Source: Promethearchaeota archaeon
GTDB lineage: Archaea > Asgardarchaeota > Lokiarchaeia > Sigyniarchaeales > SOKP01
Reading direction: 5' to 3'
DNA length: 64,000 nucleotides
Assembly (NCBI GenBank): GCA_019058295.1
Contig: JAHPZI010000021.1
Span: forward strand, 105,167 to 169,166
Below, piece after piece: positions 54,671-64,000 of this stretch. The first letter of the stretch is position 1, and every line of letters starts with the position of its first letter. Below the pieces are notes generated by a model, which saw only the letters and a list, made by a program, of their open reading frames with translations, made no database searches and was not told the DNA's origin. Position numbers and translations under genes: made by a program.

Positions 54671-55978
54671 ATGAGTAGCCATAAAATTATTCCGTATGAA
54701 ATATTATATGAAGCAATATGTACCACAAAGGACCTTGTTGAAGGTGGCCCCGCTAAAGATGAACTTTTAGTGTTAAAATCATTTTTGAAACACATGAAAA
54801 CCGTTATTAAAAGATATCTAGATAATGCAGATTCAGGGTTACCTGTAATAGGACATCATTTTGCATGGCCAACAGAAATATTTTATTGCTTCGATTTTGT
54901 CCCCGTTGTATTTGAAGGAATTCCATACATACTGAGTGCATTATTACCCGAAGGTTCTGAAAGGTTCTATGATATCGCAGATAGCTTTGGTCATCCTTAT
55001 CATTCTTGTACCTCTCAAAAAGGAACTTTGGGCATGGTCTTGGACGGTTTATTTGAATTTGATGTAATATCAACGCCAACGAGTCCATGTGATAATACTT
55101 TTGCAACTTATCCTGTTATAAAACAATTATATGATAAAATCAAAAAGCAAAAAACACCATTTATAATTGCTGATATGCCATATTATCGTGATGATCGCTC
55201 TTATAATTACTACGGAAAAGAATTAAATAGAGTAGTTTCAGAAATAGGTCAAATTATCGGTCAAGAACCTGATTATGAGAAGTTAAGAAAAGCTATTGAT
55301 GTAAATAATAAAGCAATTGAAATTATTGCAGAAATAAACGAATTTAAAAAACTTACACCATGTCCAATTGAATCCATGTTTTGTCCTTTAATGACTGCAG
55401 TTTTGGCATTCATCCCAGGCCAACCTGAAAGAATAGGTTTTTTTAAAGATGTATTAGAAATCGCAAAAAAGCGAGCTAATAAAGGTGAGAGAGCACATGA
55501 AGGAGAAGAAAAAATACGAACCGTCTGGCCATATATGTCTATCTTTTTTGACATTGGATTCTGTGAATGGTTGGATCGGGAAATTGGAGCGACAATACTA
55601 TTAGATATATTCAATTATTTATTTTTTGATGTTATTGATACCTCAAAAAGCGAAGAACATATTTTTAAAGGATTAGCAAAACAATCGATGAATTATCCTA
55701 TGGTAAGACAATCCGCAACTTTTTGTGATGACCTTATCACAGATTTTATCTATTTATCAAAAGAATATAAAGCAGATTGTGCAATCTTCACAGCTCACTT
55801 AGGTTGTAAACAAAGCGTTAGCGTTATCCAATTATTAAGAGAGGCATTCCGAGATGAGATTGGAATCCCAATGCTTTCAATTGATCTTGATATAGGAGAT
55901 GCCCGATTTACTTCTATAGCAACTGTAAAAAGAGAAATAGAAAATTTTACTAAAATTCATGATTTTTCGAAAAAATAA
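54671..55978 (+). CDS. 2-hydroxyacyl-CoA dehydratase / benzoyl-CoA reductase BcrB/BadE-type subunit (HGD-D family)
   Basis: PVIGHHFAWPTEIFYCFDFVPV, YHSCTSQKG, TSPCDN and FTAHLGCKQS are conserved-Cys blocks of the family. Confidence 0.75.
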   Translation: MSSHKIIPYEILYEAICTTKDLVEGGPAKDELLVLKSFLKHMKTVIKRYLDNADSGLPVIGHHFAWPTEIFYCFDFVPVVFEGIPYILSALLPEGSERFYDIADSFGHPYHSCTSQKGTLGMVLDGLFEFDVISTPTSPCDNTFATYPVIKQLYDKIKKQKTPFIIADMPYYRDDRSYNYYGKELNRVVSEIGQIIGQEPDYEKLRKAIDVNNKAIEIIAEINEFKKLTPCPIESMFCPLMTAVLAFIPGQPERIGFFKDVLEIAKKRANKGERAHEGEEKIRTVWPYMSIFFDIGFCEWLDREIGATILLDIFNYLFFDVIDTSKSEEHIFKGLAKQSMNYPMVRQSATFCDDLITDFIYLSKEYKADCAIFTAHLGCKQSVSVIQLLREAFRDEIGIPMLSIDLDIGDARFTSIATVKREIENFTKIHDFSKK

Positions 55979-56055
55979 TGTTCAATCTTTAATCTTTTAT
56001 TATTAATTAATCACATAATCGTTTATAGAATCATTAGCATCAGTGGGATTTCGAT

Positions 56056-56856
56056 TTGAAGGATTATAATTTTTATATTGGGGTGGATGCGGGAGCATCT
56101 TTTTGTAAAGCAATTGCTTTAAATTCGAAGAATAACGAAATTAAAGCAAATTCAATCACTTTTGTCCTTGGAAATCCTGAAAAAGCAGCAAATAAGTGTT
56201 TAGATGAAATAGGAAAGAAATTAAATGTGAAATTAAAAATTTTAAAAAAAAATGTAATTACTACAGGACAAAATGGGGATAAGATTAGAATTGGACAAAA
56301 TAAATCCGAAATAATATGCATTGGGAGAGGAGCCTATGCACTCGATCCTAATATAAGAATTATGGTGGATGTTGGGAGCTTTAGCATGAAAGTATTAAAA
56401 ATAGATGAATCTGGAATAATCAAAGATTATCTTATGAACAATAAATGCGCTGCAGGATCAGGAGTCCTATTAGAACTCGTTGCTGAAGGCTTAGAAATGA
56501 GAATTGACGAATTAAATAATAAAGCATTTCAAGCAAAAAAGCCAATTCAGATTTCAAGCCAATGTAGCATTTTTGCTGAATCTGAGGTAATTTCTTATAA
56601 GAATGAAGGAGCAAATATTCCTGATTTAGTTGCAGGGGTGTGTAATTCTGTAGCAGGTAGAATTTATCCCTTAATTCGGATGATTGATAAAGAAACAAAT
56701 AAAGTAGCTTTTAGTGGAGGGGTCGCTAAAAACAAATATATAGCTGAAAATCTTGAGGAACGATTAGGATTTAAATTGGTCAAATTATCACTTGAACCAG
56801 AATATATAGCTGCATATGGAGCTGCAATTATAGCAAAAGAGGGAGGGGGAACATAA
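56056..56856 (+). CDS. BcrAD/BadFG/HgdC-type ATPase (electron-activating subunit 1)
   Basis: ASKHA phosphate-1 motif GVDAGASFCKA. Cluster-bridging Cys motifs NNKCAAGSG and SSQCSIFAESEV. TTG start. Confidence 0.85.
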   Translation: MKDYNFYIGVDAGASFCKAIALNSKNNEIKANSITFVLGNPEKAANKCLDEIGKKLNVKLKILKKNVITTGQNGDKIRIGQNKSEIICIGRGAYALDPNIRIMVDVGSFSMKVLKIDESGIIKDYLMNNKCAAGSGVLLELVAEGLEMRIDELNNKAFQAKKPIQISSQCSIFAESEVISYKNEGANIPDLVAGVCNSVAGRIYPLIRMIDKETNKVAFSGGVAKNKYIAENLEERLGFKLVKLSLEPEYIAAYGAAIIAKEGGGT

Positions 56857-56857
56857 A

Positions 56858-57640
56858 ATAGTATTTGCGGGAATTGATATAGGGTCTCTCACAGGTAAAG
56901 CATTATTGTTAGAAGATAGTGAGATCCGTGGATTTAAAATAATTAGGGTAAAAAAAACTCCCGTTGAAACTGCTGAAAGTGTTTTTGAAATGGTTTTATC
57001 CGAGACGGGGATAAATAGGGATAATGTAAAATTTGTGGTTAGTACAGGTTACGGGAGAGATAATATTCCCTTTTCTAATAAAAGTATGACAGAAATCACA
57101 TGCCATGGGTTAGGTGCCCATTTTCTAATACCAAGCATTCGGACGATAATTGATATAGGGGGTCAGGATTGTAAAGTAATCGCCGTAGATCGAACGGGTA
57201 AATTAGTTGAATTTGCAATGAATGAGAAATGCTCCGCAGGCACGGGAAGATATCTCGAAATAATGGCCAATTTACTCCATATTTCACTCGATGATCTTGG
57301 GACTTTATCATTGAAGAGTAAAACTCCTGTTCAATTGAAAAGTACTTGTAGTATTTATGCTCAAGCCGAGGTATTGCAATGTATCAATTCTGGATTTAAG
57401 AAGTCTAATATAGCTGCGGGAATTAATAAAGCTATGGCTGAGCGCGTTTATTCCATGTCAAAAAAAGTTAAGATGAGACCAGATGTGGTTATTTCTGGAG
57501 GTGTAGCTAAAAATGCTGGTGTTGTCGGTTATCTGGAAGAAATGATAGGAATCGAATTCTTAAAATTACCAATTGATCCTCAAATTATTGGTGCTCTTGG
57601 AGCTGCTGTAATTGCTCAAGAGAGGTATAAAAGAAAGTGA
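56858..57640 (+). CDS. BcrAD/BadFG/HgdC-type ATPase (subunit 2); start extended to ATA 56858
   Basis: Track ORF (TTG 56906) omits the essential phosphate-1 motif. The extended frame reads (I)VFAGIDIGSLTGKALLLED.... NEKCSAGTGRYLE and KSTCSIYAQAEV are present. The frame opens after TAG 56831-56833. The junction is TAAAATA at 56854-56860. Confidence 0.85.
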   Translation: MVFAGIDIGSLTGKALLLEDSEIRGFKIIRVKKTPVETAESVFEMVLSETGINRDNVKFVVSTGYGRDNIPFSNKSMTEITCHGLGAHFLIPSIRTIIDIGGQDCKVIAVDRTGKLVEFAMNEKCSAGTGRYLEIMANLLHISLDDLGTLSLKSKTPVQLKSTCSIYAQAEVLQCINSGFKKSNIAAGINKAMAERVYSMSKKVKMRPDVVISGGVAKNAGVVGYLEEMIGIEFLKLPIDPQIIGALGAAVIAQERYKRK

Positions 57641-57786
57641 AAAATAACTTATAGAAATTACATGGTTAATTTTTTTTTTCTTATAAAATAAAGACATAAT
57701 ATTTTTTAAAAAACTGTAACTAAATAGCAATAGTTAATATTTAGGAATCTTAGTGTTAGTCTGATTTAGATTCTTTATAAATATAA

Positions 57787-60057
<2,271 letters not shown>

Positions 60058-60247
60058 TGGTTTAATAGGCTCCCTGGTATCAGCAGCATCCCCAGACTTG
60101 GTAATATTGATATAAATAAAACTACAGGCGTATAGAAAAAAAAGTAGATAATTCCATTTTAAAATTACATTTTTTTTTATTAACTAGGAAGAAAATATAA
60201 ATTGTAAGCAATTCAATTTATTAGGAACACTAAAGTAGTGAAATATT

Positions 60248-60739
60248 ATATATCAATCCGAGAAAAACTCTGATCTCCCAGAAGAAGGATCTAGTAACTC
60301 TGAACTAGAAAATAATGAGCCTGAAAATTTAAATAAGGAGGATGAGAAAGAGCGCAATAAATATGTCAGAGGATTATATTTTACTGGGGGTATCATTTGT
60401 TTAAGTTTAGGAATTATAGGAATACTTTTACCTATTTTACCTACTACCCCTTTTCTTTTACTTGCCGCAGGATGCTTTTCTAGAAGTTCTAAAAGATTTT
60501 ATAATTGGTTATTAAACAACAGGATTCTTGGCTCATATATTAGAAACTTTAGAGAAGGAAAAGGAATGCCTATAAAAGTTAAAATTTTTACAATTTCTAT
60601 GTTATGGATAACAATTCTTTTAACATCGTTCATTTTTATTCAAATTATATGGATTAGATATGTACTAATCATCATTGCTATTGCTGTGACAATTCATATT
60701 ATTTTAATTCGCCCAAAAAAAAAAAAGAGTAAAAGTTAG
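60248..60739 (+). CDS. DUF454 (YbaN)-family small membrane protein; no canonical start (ATT 60245 / ATA 60248 proposed)
   Basis: Absent from the ORF track. The frame opens after TGA 60239-60241. It reads ...GLYFTGGIICLSLGIIGILLPILPTTPFLLLAAGCFSRSSKRFYNWLL..., the hallmark DUF454 core. The first in-frame ATG is at 60566. TAG at 60737-60739. Confidence 0.6.
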   Translation: MYQSEKNSDLPEEGSSNSELENNEPENLNKEDEKERNKYVRGLYFTGGIICLSLGIIGILLPILPTTPFLLLAAGCFSRSSKRFYNWLLNNRILGSYIRNFREGKGMPIKVKIFTISMLWITILLTSFIFIQIIWIRYVLIIIAIAVTIHIILIRPKKKKSKS

Positions 60740-60926
60740 ATTAAAATCTTAATTAAAAGTAAAAATTCTTAAAAAAAGAAATTCTTATTTTACTCTTTTT
60801 TCTTATAAAGTTTATTTTTAAGAAATAATTTATCGTAATACTAGTGTTTAAAAATTTGTAGCCTATTTATATCATCGGAGTGAATTTGTAATAAAATTGA
60901 TTTATATTTAAAAATGGATATTTTTT

Positions 60927-61547
60927 ATGGATAATAGAAAAAATAGCGAAGGTGATATTTTAAATCAAGCCTTCGAATTAATGGGAAAAGGTACTGATTT
61001 AGCAAAAGTAAAAGAATACGATGAGGCATTAAGATTATATAATGAAGCTGTAGAATTACTAAGAGAAATTAATTGGGTTGACCAAATTCAAACAATCCAA
61101 AAAACAATTGATCAGTTGGAAATAGAAAGAATACATCATAATCAAGCTTTAGAAAAACAAAAAGCTCGTGATGAAAAACAACGCAAATTAAAAGCTGAAG
61201 AGGCAATCTTAGAAGAGAAACAAGCTAAAGAAGAAAAAGAAAGAATAGAAAGTGAAAGAGCAAGGAAAATAGAGAAGTCTGAAAAAGAGAAGGATTTTAA
61301 ACAGCAAATTGTTGATATGGAGGAATATACTGATAAAATGATAAGAGAATACGAATCTCAGATTAAGAAAGGAAATTTTAACTCAGATCCTCCATACGAA
61401 AAAGTAATTAGAATATATTTGAATATGAGAAGTTTGTTAACAGAAAAAGGTTGGAAGGCCCAAATTGATAACGTTAATGAACAAATTAAATTTTTCATAG
61501 AGAAAATAGAAAAAGATAAAAAATTACGAGAAATTTATTCGGCATAA
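60927..61547 (+). CDS. Coiled-coil protein with two related TPR/MIT-like helical hairpins
   Basis: N-terminal AFELMGKGTDLAKVKEYDEALRLYNEAVELLREINWVDQIQ and C-terminal YEKVIRIYLNMRSLLTEKGWKAQIDN share a pattern. They flank a K/E-rich helix. Confidence 0.45.
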   Translation: MDNRKNSEGDILNQAFELMGKGTDLAKVKEYDEALRLYNEAVELLREINWVDQIQTIQKTIDQLEIERIHHNQALEKQKARDEKQRKLKAEEAILEEKQAKEEKERIESERARKIEKSEKEKDFKQQIVDMEEYTDKMIREYESQIKKGNFNSDPPYEKVIRIYLNMRSLLTEKGWKAQIDNVNEQIKFFIEKIEKDKKLREIYSA

Positions 61548-61570
61548 AATAAATAATTGGTAATTAATCT

Positions 61571-62899
61571 TCACTCATCTTCAATTTCATCTTTACCTTT
61601 CAGCATTTTTTGTATGGAATCTTGCCATTTATCACCTAATTTTTTTATACCATCCCCTAATTTTTTTCCCATTGCTTGAATCCCTAACTCAAAAGGAGAT
61701 GGGCCATTTTCTGGTCTTTTAAATAAACTTCCAATATATTTAATCACTTGCGTAAGTGTGAATTTGTCAATCATAAATTCTTTGAACCTTTTAGACATTT
61801 TAAACACAAGACAAGCAATTAGAGTTATCATAAAAGAAGTAATTAAGAAAATTCTATGATATAAATCACTTATCTTCAAGTTAGGGGTAATTTTAGTTAA
61901 AATAGGCAGATCTGTGATGAAAAATGAATCTAAATAAACCATATGATATCCAACGGCAATGCCAAGAATAATCAAAACCACTCCTTTTTCTCCAAATGCT
62001 TTTTTAATTCTATCTGTAAAATAAAGTCTAGATTGAAACCTAACCTCTAGTCGCTCAGGCGATTCAGGCGATTCTGAGATTCTCATTGTTAAAATTTGAA
62101 CAATATATAATACTCCTATTAAGAGCATAAAAATTTCAAAAACTAATGAAACAACAGATTCGCTCGTAAGGGTAATACTCATATATAAATGATAAGTCAT
62201 AAACATGTTAAAAAATCCAATTGCAGTTGCAAAATTTACAATTCCTGGATTTGATTCAACTCTTTTGGGTGCCCTCCAAATCAGTATAAGTACAATCAAT
62301 GCATTTATTATCCCAAAAATTCCAAAAATCACACTAAGCAAATCCATTTGAAAAATGATATAAATGTAAAATACTATGGAGATGTAAATGATTATTTTTA
62401 CTATAAATCCGAAAAAAATATGAGTTTTTGGCATTCCAAGCGTCATAACCTTTTTAGGAAATGAAGTAAAAAAATATAATATTAAAAAGAACATACTAAT
62501 TGATAAAATTAGTATCCAACACATAAGATATATCAGTTTTGCAAATTGGAAAAATAGGTGGTTATAATCCCATTTGAAATAGAAAAAAGCGAAAATAAAG
62601 AGAGTAATGACTATAAATGAAAATATATAATATAACCATAATTTTTTAATCCTTCCAATTAAAATTCCAGATGATACAATACCAAAAGAAAGAAATAATT
62701 CTAAAATCAGCATAAAGCGAATAAATTCCAGAGAAATTAAAAATTTAAAGTGATAAAGTAGCGCAAGAATTGTATTAGCTGTCATAATGATTAAAATTAT
62801 TAGAGCAAATGGCAGATATTGCTTTTGTGTTAACTTCTTAATTCCCCCAAATATCCGGTTTTTTAAAAACCAATATAGAGTTCTCTCTAAATATGACAT
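61571..62899 (-). CDS. Large polytopic membrane protein, unknown function
   Basis: 442 aa with at least 10 hydrophobic segments and a charged C-terminal tail. Confidence 0.5.
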   Translation of the reverse strand: MSYLERTLYWFLKNRIFGGIKKLTQKQYLPFALIILIIMTANTILALLYHFKFLISLEFIRFMLILELFLSFGIVSSGILIGRIKKLWLYYIFSFIVITLFIFAFFYFKWDYNHLFFQFAKLIYLMCWILILSISMFFLILYFFTSFPKKVMTLGMPKTHIFFGFIVKIIIYISIVFYIYIIFQMDLLSVIFGIFGIINALIVLILIWRAPKRVESNPGIVNFATAIGFFNMFMTYHLYMSITLTSESVVSLVFEIFMLLIGVLYIVQILTMRISESPESPERLEVRFQSRLYFTDRIKKAFGEKGVVLIILGIAVGYHMVYLDSFFITDLPILTKITPNLKISDLYHRIFLITSFMITLIACLVFKMSKRFKEFMIDKFTLTQVIKYIGSLFKRPENGPSPFELGIQAMGKKLGDGIKKLGDKWQDSIQKMLKGKDEIEDE

Positions 62900-62994
62900 A
62901 ATTGAATTAAGGAAAAATTAGTTTAAAATTATTAGATATCAATAATTTACGACTTTTTAACTTTGTTTTTAAAAATATAAATAGTGATTTATTT

Positions 62995-63534
62995 ATGTTG
63001 AAAGATTCGTATGCAAATTCAGATATAAGTGAAATTGATATTTCACATGAAGTTAAGATTGTAAATGTTATATGTCCTCTTTGTAAATCCAAAAAAGAAA
63101 TTACTGTTCCAGTAACAATTATCAACCAAACAGGTCTAACAACAGTATCTATACCTAAAGATTTAGTTTGCAGCCATCATTTTCAAGTTTTCATTGATAA
63201 GCAATTTAAGGTTCGGGGTTATCAAAAAGTAGACCTTGATTTGGCTCTTAATAAAAATAAGGAGTCTAATATTGATAATTTCAATAAAAAAGATGACGAG
63301 CTTTTCGAAAATCTAATTCTAGAAGGCAATTACCTTGAATATAATCCAAAGAAGGTAAAAAAGATACATATAAATAGTGAACCTGAAAAAATTGTATCCA
63401 ATGAGGAAAAGGTAATGACTCTTAAAGAAATATACGAAGAATTTTGGGAATTCATAGATGATGATAATCCTGAATTTAAAGAGTATATCATAAAAGATAA
63501 AAAGAGAAGACAAGGAGTAAAAAGAAGGAATTAA
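62995..63534 (+). CDS. CPxC...CxH zinc-ribbon-like domain protein (paralog of the 28435 N-domain) with a charged tail
   Basis: ICPLCKSKKEITVPVTIINQTGLTTVSIPKDLVCSHHFQVFIDKQFKVRGYQKVD aligns almost residue for residue with the N-terminus of the 28435 product. Confidence 0.5.
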   Translation: MLKDSYANSDISEIDISHEVKIVNVICPLCKSKKEITVPVTIINQTGLTTVSIPKDLVCSHHFQVFIDKQFKVRGYQKVDLDLALNKNKESNIDNFNKKDDELFENLILEGNYLEYNPKKVKKIHINSEPEKIVSNEEKVMTLKEIYEEFWEFIDDDNPEFKEYIIKDKKRRQGVKRRN

Positions 63535-63735
63535 AAAAAATTACTATTGATTGGAAATAACCTGGCTATAGCCATCCCAAAAACATCTAATCATATCAAA
63601 ATAAATCTCTAAATTTCCATTCTATACATTCAAGATATATCTGAATTTTATTTTAAAAAATTAATATGAAAAGTTGTATTATAATACAAAATAAGAGTTT
63701 ACAATGCGGAATATTTACTTTTTATAGCATTATTT

Positions 63736-64000
63736 ATGTATTTAAGCGGTCTAATAAGGAAAGAATTTAGTAGAATTAAAGCCGATAAAAGAACGTTAAT
63801 TTTAATATTTACAATCCCAGTCATATTAATCGTGATATTCGGTCTAACTAGTGGAGGAGGCCCCACTGAATTCTATAACGCTGCAATTATTTCTCGTGAT
63901 AAAATACCATACGAAACTCCTGAATTCCCTGTCGAATCAAATTCTACCCTTAATTATGACGATATATTTATTGATGTTGTGGAGGATGATTGTTCAGCAT
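63736..64000 (+). CDS. ABC-2-type transporter permease, N-terminal part (runs off the window)
   Basis: ATG 63736 gives MYLSGLIRKEFSRIKADKRTLILIFTIPVILIVIFG..., a typical ABC-2 permease start (kEf..i.rD.r.l). There is no stop before the window end. Confidence 0.5.
   Translation, partial: MYLSGLIRKEFSRIKADKRTLILIFTIPVILIVIFGLTSGGGPTEFYNAAIISRDKIPYETPEFPVESNSTLNYDDIFIDVVEDDCSA

Overview
This is an AT-rich archaeal window. Sampled lines of native genes run about 22-28% GC. The gene content points to an Asgard (Lokiarchaeia-like) archaeon, which is an inference. The supporting genes are two TFB paralogs, LysW/LysZ, an Arf-like and an MglA-like small GTPase, many roadblock/LC7 domains and a longin-like domain. 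I saw no rRNA, tRNA, CRISPR array or transposase.

Layout:
- 1-15.7 kb: GC-richer hydrolase and transporter genes (D-aminoacylase-like amidohydrolase, HSL esterase, two URO-D-like proteins, ceramidase-like protein, GH clan-A hydrolase, three MFS/GPH transporters, sulfatase-family enzyme, flavodoxin).
- 16-36 kb: a signalling region. It holds two giant multi-PAS histidine kinases, an RHH-DHp-REC protein, and a divergent GTPase/roadblock supercluster that ends in a TFB paralog.
- 36-50 kb: LysZ plus an ATP-grasp ligase, an Lrp-TFB operon, an ArsR plus Arf-like GTPase pair, an M28 peptidase, a type IIIA P-type H+-ATPase, an H+-pyrophosphatase and a USP.
- 50-58 kb: TrmB-like regulator, radical-SAM-like protein, SCP2 protein, and a bcrCBAD-like four-subunit enzyme.
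- 58-60 kb: a GC-rich katG that looks horizontally acquired.
- 60-64 kb: DUF454 protein, coiled-coil and membrane proteins, a zinc-ribbon paralog, and the start of an ABC-2 permease.

Most notable findings:
1. The MglA-like GTPase / six-roadblock-or-longin-domain cluster, which includes a catalytically dead PAS histidine kinase, a HEAT-GNAT fusion and a terminal TFB.
2. At least six genes whose conserved N-terminal motifs lie upstream of any ATG/GTG/TTG codon. This implies ATA/ATT initiation. Two of them sit at TAA-A-ATA junctions with the same geometry as a TAA-A-ATG junction in the same window.
3. A perfect 21-bp inverted repeat in the divergent control region of that cluster.
4. The BCR/HAD-like enzyme cluster with SCP2 and a noncanonical Cys-motif protein.

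All calls rest on reading motifs by eye. No database search was run.
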